Source: a virus
Lineage: Duplodnaviria; Caudoviricetes
Virus record (IMG/VR): IMGVR_UViG_2643221888_000001
Span: 1 to 64,000 of that record
Reading direction: 5' to 3' (one strand)
Length of the DNA: 64,000 nt
Position numbers and translations under genes: made by a program. The notes under the pieces were generated by a model. That model did no database searches. It was given only the letters and a program-made list of their open reading frames with translations, and was not told the DNA's origin. Positions within the stretch are counted from its first letter, which is position 1. Every line of letters begins with the position of its first letter. Below are positions 38,018-47,088 of this stretch, in pieces.

Positions 38018-38422
38018 ATGCACATAGCCATCAACATCATCTGCTGGCTGTGGGGCTGCTGGGTCGCGTTCAACCTGCTCATGGTCGCTCTGGCCGCCAC
38101 AGTGCTGCCAGTCCACCAAGCGCACTTTGACGGGTTCCGCGCTCGGTTGCCGTCCTGGTTGCCTGAACTGCTAACCAGCGACGAGATTGCCGCGGTGGTT
38201 TCGCACGAGCATGGTCACCGATACCATCTGCACGTCTGGACCAACCTCGCGCTGCGCTGCCTGCTCCTGACCCCGGGCGCGCGCTGCCGGCGCCGACAGG
38301 AGATCGAAGCCGACGACTACGCCGTCGCTCACGGGCACGGCCGCCACATGGCCAGCGCGCTCCGAAAGCTGTCGAGTCACCCTGACGACATATCCCGGGC
38401 CGAGCGCCTGGAACGAATGTAA
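38018..38422 (+). CDS. Small membrane M48/M56-like zinc metallopeptidase
   Basis: N-terminal TM; EIAAVVSHEHGH (HEXXH); RRQEIEADDYA; SSHP..R. Confidence 0.82.
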   Translation: MHIAINIICWLWGCWVAFNLLMVALAATVLPVHQAHFDGFRARLPSWLPELLTSDEIAAVVSHEHGHRYHLHVWTNLALRCLLLTPGARCRRRQEIEADDYAVAHGHGRHMASALRKLSSHPDDISRAERLERM

Positions 38423-38441
38423 GACCAACCTGAATTTCACC

Positions 38442-38465
38442 AAGCCGCCTTCGAGCGGTTTTTTT
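38442..38465 (+). terminator. Intrinsic terminator
   Basis: GCCGC-CTTCGA-GCGGT followed by a T-run. Confidence 0.7.
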
Positions 38466-38538
38466 ATGCCGCAAGCGGACGCGACGCGGTGCACGGCCGG
38501 AAGGCCATCGATAGGGCGGATGCCCGGAAAGTCATACC

Positions 38539-39351
38539 ATGCCATTCAAATACAACGCCGACGGCACGATCGCTCTGGACGACAAGAAGCTGCCGATCTT
38601 CATCCATTCGAACGGCACCGAGGCGGCATTTGACGCCGAGGCCACGCTCGGAACCATCTCCCGCTTGAACGGTGAAGCGAAGGCGCATCGCGAAGCGAAG
38701 GAAGCGGCCGAGACCAAGCTGAAGTCGTTCGACGGCATCGAAGACGGCGTGGCGGCACTGGCGGCCCTGAACACCGTGAAGAGCCTGAGCTCCGGTGAGC
38801 TGAAGACTGCCGCCCAGGTGAAAGAAATCCAGGATGCCGCCGCCAAGACCGCGCAGGAGCAAGTAGCCGCCCAGGCCAAAGCCAGCGCCCAGCAGTTGCA
38901 GGAACTGACCGCGACGCTGGAAAAGCGCACCAATGAATTGAACAACCACATGATCGGCGGTGGCTTTACTGGCTCCAAGCTGTTCAACAAAGAAGCGAAG
39001 CATCCAAGCCAGCTGGCAATCCCGCCTGAGATGGCGCGCGCCTACTTCGGCGGCAACTTCAAGGTCGAAGACGGCAAGATGGTTCCTTACGACGCCGCTG
39101 GTAATAAGATTTTTTCGCCGACACGCCCTGGTGAGATTGCCGACTTCGATGAAGGCCTGGCTCAGCTCGTCGCCGCCTGCCCGTTCAAGGAGCAGATTCT
39201 GGCAAGCTCGGGCGCATCCGGTGGTGGCGCCCAAGGCAACGGCGGGAAGACGCCAGGCGGCAAGAAGCAGATTACGCGCGCCGAGTACGACGCCATGGAT
39301 CCCATGGCCCGCGCCGGCGCAATGAAAGAAGGTGCCGCGATCGTTGATTGA
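38539..39351 (+). CDS. Capsid scaffolding protein
   Basis: Coiled coil; ISRLNGEAKAHRE; Gly-rich linker and terminal helix; precedes the capsid gene. Confidence 0.85.
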   Translation: MPFKYNADGTIALDDKKLPIFIHSNGTEAAFDAEATLGTISRLNGEAKAHREAKEAAETKLKSFDGIEDGVAALAALNTVKSLSSGELKTAAQVKEIQDAAAKTAQEQVAAQAKASAQQLQELTATLEKRTNELNNHMIGGGFTGSKLFNKEAKHPSQLAIPPEMARAYFGGNFKVEDGKMVPYDAAGNKIFSPTRPGEIADFDEGLAQLVAACPFKEQILASSGASGGGAQGNGGKTPGGKKQITRAEYDAMDPMARAGAMKEGAAIVD

Positions 39352-39509
39352 TCCCGCTCGCTCCACACACGAGGCCCGCTACATGCGGGCTTCTTCGTTT
39401 TCGCAGTACCGCAGTGCTTTGCCGGCGCCTGGATGGGCAAGTCGGTGCTTTTGGGCTGGATGGCCTCTCTGTTCAAAACCTCAAACCACCAATTAAAGGC
39501 AATTCCAAC

Positions 39510-40844
39510 ATGAAGAAAATGATGATTTCCATCGTCGCCCTGGCTGCGATGGCACTGACCTCCACGGCCCAGGCCGTCAGCACCTGCGCCGACAAGATGG
39601 CATTCGGTACCAAGGTCGTCTGCGAAATGGTCCAGGCCCACATCTGGAACTACGCTACCAAAACCGGCCTGGCACTGGGCTCGAACAACCTGACCGGCCT
39701 GATCACCACGCTGTACAACGCGATGGATGTGGTATCACGCGAGCAGGTGGGTATGATCCCGGCCGTGTCCGCAGACATGACATTCGCCCGCGCTGCCGTC
39801 GGCCAAGTTGTGACTTCGCCAGTCGCGCCAGCGGCAACCGCGACCGACATCACGCCGGCCGTGACGCCACCGAATGACGGCGACCAGAACATCGGCAACA
39901 AGTCGGTAACCCTGACCAAGGCACGCCGTGTGCCGATCCGCTGGAACGGCGAAGAGAAGCTGGCTCTGGACAACAGCGGTAACAGCTACAACATCATCCT
40001 GCGAGACCAGTTCGCCCAGGCGATGCGCACGCTGTGCAATGAAGTCGAATCGGACCTGACTGCGCTGCACGTCAAGGCCTCCCGCGCCTACGGCACCCCG
40101 GGCACTGCGCCTTTCAGCATTGCCAACGATCTCGGCGACACCGCCGGCGCCCTGCGCATCCTGGAAGACAACGGCGCCCAAGGCCTCGACTTCCAGATGG
40201 TGCTGGGCTCGGCCGCGATGCAGAACATGCGGGGCAAGCAATCGGGCTTGTTCAACGTCGAGAAGGCTGGTCGCGAGGACATGCTTCGCGACGGCATCAC
40301 CGACCGTCTGCAAGGCCTGGCGCTGCGCCAGTCTGCGCAGATCAAGCGCCCAGCGAAGGGCACCGCCGCCGGCGCGACCACTAACGCAAACGGCTATGCA
40401 TTCGGTGCCACAGTCATCACGCTGGCCGCCGCCGGTACCGGTTCGTTCATAGCGGGCGACGTAATCGCTTTCGCCGGCGATCCCGAAAACAAATATGTCG
40501 TCTCGTCCGGCGACGCTAGCACGGCGGATGGCGGCACCATCACCATCGCTGCGCCAGGTCTGCTGCAAGCAATCCCGCCCGCTGCGACCGCGATCACCGT
40601 CGCCAACGTCGGCTTCCGCAATATGTTCTTCGCCCGCTCGGCAATCGTGCTGGCAACTCGCGTTCCGGCGCTGCCAGCGCAGGGCGACTCAGCCGCCGAC
40701 CGCACCATCATCACCGACCCTGTGTCGGGCCTGTCGTTCGAGGTGAGCATGTACATGCAGTACCGCCAGGTCCAGTACGAGATCGCACTGGTGTGGGGCG
40801 TCGGCGCTGCCAAGGACGAGCACATCGGCATCCTGCTGGGCTAA
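39510..40844 (+). CDS. Major capsid protein (P22 coat-like) with N-terminal leader
   Basis: NNLTGLITTLYNAMDVVSRE..QFAQAMRTLCNEVESD..YEIALVWG; AAAGG SD before MKKMM. Confidence 0.9.
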   Translation: MKKMMISIVALAAMALTSTAQAVSTCADKMAFGTKVVCEMVQAHIWNYATKTGLALGSNNLTGLITTLYNAMDVVSREQVGMIPAVSADMTFARAAVGQVVTSPVAPAATATDITPAVTPPNDGDQNIGNKSVTLTKARRVPIRWNGEEKLALDNSGNSYNIILRDQFAQAMRTLCNEVESDLTALHVKASRAYGTPGTAPFSIANDLGDTAGALRILEDNGAQGLDFQMVLGSAAMQNMRGKQSGLFNVEKAGREDMLRDGITDRLQGLALRQSAQIKRPAKGTAAGATTNANGYAFGATVITLAAAGTGSFIAGDVIAFAGDPENKYVVSSGDASTADGGTITIAAPGLLQAIPPAATAITVANVGFRNMFFARSAIVLATRVPALPAQGDSAADRTIITDPVSGLSFEVSMYMQYRQVQYEIALVWGVGAAKDEHIGILLG

Positions 40845-40898
40845 TCCATCAACACCACCCGGCGGCCAGGACGGCGCCGGGCAACCTGCGAGAACGCA

Positions 40899-41270
40899 AT
40901 GCCAACCATCAAAATCAAGTCCAGCGACCCTGCTACCCAAGGTCCTTTCGTCATTATCGAAAAGGGCGACTTCAACCCAGATTTCCACGAACTTTACGAC
41001 GACGGCTCCGACCAAGGCATGGGCGACGTAGAGCGCGCGCCGACCATGGCCGAGCTGTTGGCCGCCCGCGACCAGCTGATCGCGCGCGAGCGCCAACTCG
41101 CCGACCTCGAGCAGAGCCTCACCGAACAGGCGCGAGCCAACGAGGTCGAGGCCCAGCGCCTGGCCGACGAGCGCTCCGCTGCCGAAAAGGCGAAGACTGC
41201 TTCCGACGCTGCCGACAAGGCTACCAAGAAGGCCGCCGACAAAGCTGCAGCCGACGCGAACAAGTCGTAA
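40899..41270 (+). CDS. Small head-associated protein
   Basis: FVIIEKGDFNPDFHELY followed by coiled coil; post-capsid position. Confidence 0.75.
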   Translation: MPTIKIKSSDPATQGPFVIIEKGDFNPDFHELYDDGSDQGMGDVERAPTMAELLAARDQLIARERQLADLEQSLTEQARANEVEAQRLADERSAAEKAKTASDAADKATKKAADKAAADANKS

Positions 41271-41293
41271 GCACTACCTCCAGCACCACAAAC

Positions 41294-41318
41294 AGCCCGC
41301 CGCGTGCGGGCTTTTTCA
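41294..41318 (+). terminator. Intrinsic terminator
   Basis: AGCCCGC-CGCGT-GCGGGCT followed by TTTT. Confidence 0.75.
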
Positions 41319-41339
41319 ATTCCGCCACCGAGATAGCTA

Positions 41340-43361
41340 ATGTCCACAACCACCAAGATTAAAGTAGGCGAGTCCGCCAAGACCATTTCGCTGCCCGAGG
41401 GGCAGGCGCTGGTTCTCACAGGCTCGACCGGCGCTGCCGGCGTGGCCTACTTGCTGGACCAGGCGCTCGGCGGCACCAATTCACTGCGGTCGTGGGTCAT
41501 CGGCGCCGGAGCGCTGGCTGCCATTGGCCCGTACGAAAACACGCAGCTGATCCATGTGACGTGCTCGGCCGGCTCGATCGCGGCGACTGTCAAAGATGCG
41601 GTGCTGACGATCTCTGTCTCGACAACGCCGACACCAACGCCGACCCCGACGCCAACCACGCCAGGCCAGCCGGCAAAACCGGTCCTGACTGCTATGGCGG
41701 GCGCCGTGAGCCTGGCCTGGACGCCGGGCGCCGCCGGCAGCACGGCTACCACCGGGAACATCTGGACCGACATCAACGGCAACGTCACGCAGCTGACCAC
41801 TAATCCGCAAACGATCACGGCGCCGGCCGGAACGCCGTACACCGGCACGGTGTCCACGGTAAATGCTCAGGGCGCTGGGCCAGCATCTGCGCAGGCCGAT
41901 CCCGTCACGCCCATCTCGATGCCGACCGTCGTGCCGTTCGACAGCACGGTGGCATTTCCCGCTGGCCAGCAGGTCACGTATGCCGGTGGCCTGTACACAT
42001 TCACCGCCGCGCATCCTGCCGGGAACTGGACCGGTGCCGACGTGACGTACAACGGCCAGAGCGGCACGCGCGCGCTCAATACAGTGGGCATGAGCAAACC
42101 ACTCGGCGTGGTCAGCTCGTTCACCTCCGGCGGCATGGACACCACCACGACGACAGCCCCCAGCGGCTCGCGCGGCGGCAAATGCCAGATGGAAGCGCCC
42201 TTCACGAAGCTGCGTGTGGTGCGCTACCAGCGCGAGGCGGCACCTACTCGTGGATTCGCGATTTCGGTTGCCTCGACCGAGACCGACAGCGCGTCGAGCA
42301 TTTCGAATGCTGTTGACCCGATCGTCGGCGGCGTCGCGTACAGTGTGCTGCGGGCAAACTCGCAGTATGGCTTTGCCCGCGTCCCTTGGGGCGGCCAGCC
42401 ACGCTCGCCGATCCAAGCGCCAGCAGGCGTCAGCTCGCCAGGCCAGGGCTACGTCACGCATATGAGCACGGCGATCTCCGACTGGGTGGACTGCGCCAGC
42501 GTGACGCCGCTCAACAACAAACTGCCGATGGTTGTCTTCCGCTACAACGGCCTGGCCAACGCCGGCGACGTCGGCTCGAACGCCAACCAGGGCACGCTGG
42601 GCGCCATGTACAACGCCTACATCAACGGCACCGCGACCGGGCGCTTTCTCGTCGCACCGAGCGTAGGCGCTGGCGATCACGTGGCCGATCCGACGTTGTC
42701 GCGCGCTGGCGCCACGATGTACGACCCGACGCAGTACAACACCGGCATCTGGCAGAACATCGCATTCTGCGCCGAGCATGGCATCCCGACGCGGGTGGTT
42801 GCCGGGTTCGGCGACTCGATCACAGAGGGCTACTCCTGGTGGCAGAACGCGGTCTACGCGCTCAGCACGCAGAAAGCGCCGGCTTACGTGGTGAATTTTG
42901 GCTGCAGCACCAACCGCGCCGCGCAGTACCTGGAATTGCTCAAGTCTCAGTTGCGTGAGGAAAACTACTTCACCGACATTTTGATTCCGTCGTTTTCGCC
43001 GAACGAAGTGCAAGCGATGACCAGCACGCTGGCCGATGGATTTATCGCCGGCCTGCAGGATGCCATTGAGCTGTGCCGAGTCTATAACAAGCGTCTGTAC
43101 ATCTGGACTAGCTACGCCGCCAAAACCACCCGCTATGCAGGCAACTCGACAGCGACCGCCGCGATTCGAAAAATCAACGACTGGGTACGCGCTGAAGCTG
43201 GCAAAACTGGCGCGCTGTTCAACCTGATCGAGATCGAAAACGGCTGGGACAACGCCAGCATGATCGTGACCGCGAACAGCGACAACACGCACCCGAACGC
43301 CACGGCCGGCATCCCCTACATGACCTCTCGCTGCCTGCCAGCCATCCAACTCGGAGCGTAA
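41340..43361 (+). CDS. Multidomain protein: PT linker, FN3-like, CBM5/12-like and SGNH hydrolase domains
   Basis: TPTPTPTPTP linker; FPAGQQVTYAGGLY..W; FGDSITEG and DNTHPN (SGNH blocks I and V). Confidence 0.8.
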   Translation: MSTTTKIKVGESAKTISLPEGQALVLTGSTGAAGVAYLLDQALGGTNSLRSWVIGAGALAAIGPYENTQLIHVTCSAGSIAATVKDAVLTISVSTTPTPTPTPTPTTPGQPAKPVLTAMAGAVSLAWTPGAAGSTATTGNIWTDINGNVTQLTTNPQTITAPAGTPYTGTVSTVNAQGAGPASAQADPVTPISMPTVVPFDSTVAFPAGQQVTYAGGLYTFTAAHPAGNWTGADVTYNGQSGTRALNTVGMSKPLGVVSSFTSGGMDTTTTTAPSGSRGGKCQMEAPFTKLRVVRYQREAAPTRGFAISVASTETDSASSISNAVDPIVGGVAYSVLRANSQYGFARVPWGGQPRSPIQAPAGVSSPGQGYVTHMSTAISDWVDCASVTPLNNKLPMVVFRYNGLANAGDVGSNANQGTLGAMYNAYINGTATGRFLVAPSVGAGDHVADPTLSRAGATMYDPTQYNTGIWQNIAFCAEHGIPTRVVAGFGDSITEGYSWWQNAVYALSTQKAPAYVVNFGCSTNRAAQYLELLKSQLREENYFTDILIPSFSPNEVQAMTSTLADGFIAGLQDAIELCRVYNKRLYIWTSYAAKTTRYAGNSTATAAIRKINDWVRAEAGKTGALFNLIEIENGWDNASMIVTANSDNTHPNATAGIPYMTSRCLPAIQLGA

Positions 43362-43364
43362 AAC

Positions 43365-43922
43365 ATGCCAATAGCAACCATCAGTATTTCGGCGCTGGTC
43401 GGCAAGGCCAGCAGCGTGTCGGGCTCATTCACGACCGACGCCAACCCGGAAGTGACGACCACCACCACTGCGGACGCTACCGCGAACCAGACCGCGCTGA
43501 CGGTCGTCACTACCGCCGGCTTCGAGTCGGCCGCCGACTACCTGACGCTGGCCGGCGCGGGCTTGAACGGCGCCGACGCGAACATTCAGGTGACGGCGCT
43601 GGGCGTGTCGGGCGTGAACGCGGCTACGCGCGTAACCATTCCCGGATTCGCGATCAAAACCACAGCCCCATCCGGCGCCGCCGTGGCCCGCTGGAACCGG
43701 ATCGCCATCACGGCGCGCCCGAAGCATGTGCGAATCACACGCCGCGACAACGGCGATTATTTCGATTGGACCGACGGCATGGAGCCGGTCAGCGCAAACA
43801 CCTCGATCGGTGGCGTGCAATCGTTGCAGGCCCGGGTGATGCTGTGCCAGCCGGGCGCCATTCACATTGCCCCGGGAATTCTGGCCGCCTCGCAGACCTA
43901 CGACATTGTTATTGACTACTGA
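43365..43922 (+). CDS. Hypothetical beta-rich structural protein
   Basis: 185 aa, Thr/Ala-rich; GGAG SD. Confidence 0.7.
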   Translation: MPIATISISALVGKASSVSGSFTTDANPEVTTTTTADATANQTALTVVTTAGFESAADYLTLAGAGLNGADANIQVTALGVSGVNAATRVTIPGFAIKTTAPSGAAVARWNRIAITARPKHVRITRRDNGDYFDWTDGMEPVSANTSIGGVQSLQARVMLCQPGAIHIAPGILAASQTYDIVIDY

Positions 43923-43934
43923 CCGGGGGGGGAT

Positions 43935-45311
43935 ATGCGCAAATACGGGACTTTCTTCCGGCCGTTTGCGGCTGATTCGCTGTGGAACAGCCGGCCCATC
44001 AATCCGGTGCTGGACACGTGGGTGATCCCGCCGTGCTTCAAGCCCAGGGGTAGCACTGCAAAATGCTATCCCTCGGTCGCCGCCGGCGCCTGGTCGAGCG
44101 GGGTGTACCAGGCCCTGCCGACCGACCCGGCGCAGACCGTCTACCCGCAGTCCGGGCAAGCTGGTGTGTTCGACTCGGACGCCGATGAGTGGAAGTCAGC
44201 GATCACCATCCCGCATTGGCCGGCGGGCGCCGTCGGCGCTACCGGCTCGGATGGCCACTGCGACATCATCGACGAGGAGGCCGGTGTGATCCATTCGTTC
44301 TGGCAGCTCAAGAGCGACAGCACCGGGCGCTTCACGGCGCGCCAGTATGGCTGGGCGCCCCTGCAGGGTACTGGCTTCGGAGACGCCGCACACTACTCGC
44401 AAGGCGCCCGCGCAACCGGCGTGCCGGCCTCGGCTGGCATGATTCGCACGCACGAAGTGAACGATGGCAAAGCGATGTTCGAGCACGCGCTGGCTTGCTC
44501 GCTGGACCAGACTGGCCTGTCCGCGTCGCCGGCGTTCATCCCGCCAGCCACCTCGTCGGACTATAACCCGCAAGTCAATACCGGCCAGATCCCCGAAGGC
44601 GCGCTGATCATGCTGCCGGCCAGCTACGACACCGCGCGCCTGGCGCGCTGGCCGCTGCTCCAGAAGGTGGCCGAGACGCTCAAGGTCTTCGGCGCCCGTG
44701 TCGTCGACCGCAACGAATTCACGCCCTTCGTGATCTACGTGGAGAATGGCTCGGGCTGGAAGATGTCGCCGCTCGCATGGGATACCGACATGGCCAACGA
44801 GCTGGAACTGATCCGTGCGCATCTGCGCCAGGTGATGTCGCAGGACGGGTTCATCGCCGGCGAAGAGGACGGGGTGGCGGAGGATAGCATCCTTTCGCTG
44901 CGCGGTCCGTGGAAGCACGAGAAGACCGGCGCCGTGGCACGCGGGCTGTACGACACCCTGGCGCAGGGCCTGCGGTTTGATGCCAATACGACGCTGGTCA
45001 GCGTCAAGAACAGCGACGGTACCGGCCTGCGCGTCCAGCGCTACAAGCCGCAGGCTGGCGATTACCTGCAGCTCGCCACGGCTTCCGACTGCGGCGCGCG
45101 CCTCAAGATGGTTGTCCACGGCCAGAAGGCCGGCGGCGGCGTGGCGCCCGATCTCGTAATCGTTCCACTCGATGGCGCGCCGGTAGCGTTCACGTGGCCT
45201 CCCGGCGGCTGGATGGAGTTGGTGGCATGGAAGTTTCCGGGGGCGGGCGGAGTGTTGAGGGCAACGTTAAAGAAAATCACAGAGGCCGAGTATCTGGCGG
45301 CGACGAAATAG
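43935..45311 (+). CDS. Hypothetical protein, possibly carbohydrate-active
   Basis: 458 aa; RPFAADSLWN, GSDGH..IID, FEHALA motifs. Confidence 0.75.
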   Translation: MRKYGTFFRPFAADSLWNSRPINPVLDTWVIPPCFKPRGSTAKCYPSVAAGAWSSGVYQALPTDPAQTVYPQSGQAGVFDSDADEWKSAITIPHWPAGAVGATGSDGHCDIIDEEAGVIHSFWQLKSDSTGRFTARQYGWAPLQGTGFGDAAHYSQGARATGVPASAGMIRTHEVNDGKAMFEHALACSLDQTGLSASPAFIPPATSSDYNPQVNTGQIPEGALIMLPASYDTARLARWPLLQKVAETLKVFGARVVDRNEFTPFVIYVENGSGWKMSPLAWDTDMANELELIRAHLRQVMSQDGFIAGEEDGVAEDSILSLRGPWKHEKTGAVARGLYDTLAQGLRFDANTTLVSVKNSDGTGLRVQRYKPQAGDYLQLATASDCGARLKMVVHGQKAGGGVAPDLVIVPLDGAPVAFTWPPGGWMELVAWKFPGAGGVLRATLKKITEAEYLAATK

Positions 45312-45319
45312 GGACGGTC

Positions 45320-45835
45320 ATGCTTAATCTTGAAACCGGCGCCGGCCTGCCGGATGCTGACAGCTACGCCAGCGTGGAGCAGGCTGATCGACAGCTCGAA
45401 GCTCTTGGTGTGGCCGACTGGTCGCCACTGGACCAGGCCGCGAAGGAAATCGCGCTGCGCAACGCGACGCGCTTCATGGCCGCAAACTACCGGCTGCGCT
45501 GGGCCGGCCGCCGCGTGCATCAAGCGCAGGCGCTGGATTGGCCGCGCTACGGTGTGTGCGTTGACGAATGGCCGGTGCGCAGCGATGTTGTGCCACGCGA
45601 AGTCGTGAGCGCGTGCATTGACCTGGCGGCGCGAGCAGGGCGCGGCGAGCAGCTGCTGCCTGACCTCGAAGTCGGCAACAACCAGGTCAAGCGGGACAAG
45701 ACCGGCCCCTTAGAAACCGAATACTTCGAAAACAACACCGATGCCGCATTCCGGTTCGTCGCCGTCGACGCCGCGCTGGCGCCGTTTTTCGGCGCGTCTG
45801 GCGGCGCTGGCATGATCAAGCTGGTGCGGGGATGA
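45320..45835 (+). CDS. Head-tail adaptor (DnaT-like family)
   Basis: ETGAGLPDADSYASV..QALDWPR..KTGPLETEY. Confidence 0.82.
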   Translation: MLNLETGAGLPDADSYASVEQADRQLEALGVADWSPLDQAAKEIALRNATRFMAANYRLRWAGRRVHQAQALDWPRYGVCVDEWPVRSDVVPREVVSACIDLAARAGRGEQLLPDLEVGNNQVKRDKTGPLETEYFENNTDAAFRFVAVDAALAPFFGASGGAGMIKLVRG

Positions 45836-46206
45836 ACGGCTACGCCAAGAAGGCACGCGAGACAGACGTCAAGCTGCGCAAGAAGGGTGGCACGGTCACA
45901 CTGCGCCGGATCGTGCTTGGTGACGACGACCCGGACACCGGCAAGCCCGAGCAGACGATCACGGAATATACGGCCTTCGGCGTCAAGCTGAACTACAGCG
46001 CTGACCGCATCGATGGCACGCTGATCCAGTCCGGCGACCAGGAGCTGCTGCTCTCGCCGCTGCAGCTGAACGGCCAGCCGCTGCCGGAACCGACTGCCGG
46101 CGACCTGGTTCTGATTGGTGGGGTCCGCTACGCCATCCACAACGTCGCCAAGCTCGAGCCGATCGACATAGCGATTCTGTTCACCCTGCAGCTGCGAGGT
46201 AACTGA
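45832..46206 (+). CDS. Head closure protein
   Basis: Position; IDGTLIQSGD motif. Confidence 0.75.
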   Translation: MNGYAKKARETDVKLRKKGGTVTLRRIVLGDDDPDTGKPEQTITEYTAFGVKLNYSADRIDGTLIQSGDQELLLSPLQLNGQPLPEPTAGDLVLIGGVRYAIHNVAKLEPIDIAILFTLQLRGN

Positions 46207-46604
46207 TGGCCGGATCATTCAGCGCTGACCTGACTAGCTTCATTCGCCACGCCGGCGGCAACATCGACAAGGCGCACCGCATGGCCGTTGTCCTGGTGGC
46301 GCAGGGCGTGGTGATGGGCAGCCCCGTTGACACGGGCCGCTTCCGCGGCAACTGGCAATTTGGCAAGGTGCTGCCGCAGGGCGTATTGCCCACGCTCGAC
46401 ACTTCCGGCGCCGCTGCTATCGCGCGCATCGCTGGCCAGACCGTTGGAATAAAACCCGGCGGGGAGGTGTGGGTCGTCAACAACCTGCCTTATGCCGGCA
46501 AACTGGAATACGGCTACAGCCAGCAGGCGCCAAGCGGCATGGTCCGCGTCACGCTGGCCAACCTGCCAGCGGCGCTGGAAAACTACGTACGAGGCCTGCA
46601 ATGA
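46206..46604 (+). CDS. HK97 gp10-like neck protein
   Basis: SPVDTGRFRGNW..NNLPYA..LEYGYSQQAPSGMV. Confidence 0.88.
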   Translation: MAGSFSADLTSFIRHAGGNIDKAHRMAVVLVAQGVVMGSPVDTGRFRGNWQFGKVLPQGVLPTLDTSGAAAIARIAGQTVGIKPGGEVWVVNNLPYAGKLEYGYSQQAPSGMVRVTLANLPAALENYVRGLQ

Positions 46605-47023
46605 GCAACAAAATTATCCGGTCCGCGCTCGAAGGCCGCCTCAAGGGCTGGGCCGCTGCGCAGGTGCCGCCTATCCCCGTATTCCTTGAGAATCGCGGCA
46701 AGACCCCGACGGTGGGCGAGCGCCACCTGCGCGCCGACCTGCTGCCGGGCGATACGCACGACCCGAGCCAGGGCGCGCAGCACCGCCGATACCACGGCAT
46801 GTACCAGGTGGGCGTGTTCCTGCCAGAGAACGACGGCACGGGCGACGCGGACGACCTGGCCAAGGCCATCGAAGTGCTGTTCCGCTGCCCGACCGTGCTG
46901 ACGAAACAGGGCCTCAACGTGCGCATCATGCAGACGCCATCTATCGCCCAGTCGCGGCCCGACGGCAATGGCTTCTGGATGACGCCCATCACCATCAAAT
47001 ATTCGGCTGACGATTTCAGCTAA
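46601..47023 (+). CDS. Tail terminator protein
   Basis: Position; GMYQVGVF..GTG motif. Confidence 0.78.
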   Translation: MSNKIIRSALEGRLKGWAAAQVPPIPVFLENRGKTPTVGERHLRADLLPGDTHDPSQGAQHRRYHGMYQVGVFLPENDGTGDADDLAKAIEVLFRCPTVLTKQGLNVRIMQTPSIAQSRPDGNGFWMTPITIKYSADDFS

Positions 47024-47047
47024 ACCCAGTACACAGCAACATCCACC

Positions 47048-47070
47048 AGCGCCTTCGGGCGCTTTTTTTT
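47048..47070 (+). terminator. Intrinsic terminator
   Basis: GCGCC-TTCG-GGCGC followed by T8. Confidence 0.85.
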
Positions 47071-47088
47071 CGTCCGAAAGGTTACACC

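Noticed and set aside
39348-39509. Longer capsid start given by the ORF track
   Set aside because: It crosses a terminator-like hairpin and the leader hairpins; the SD supports 39510
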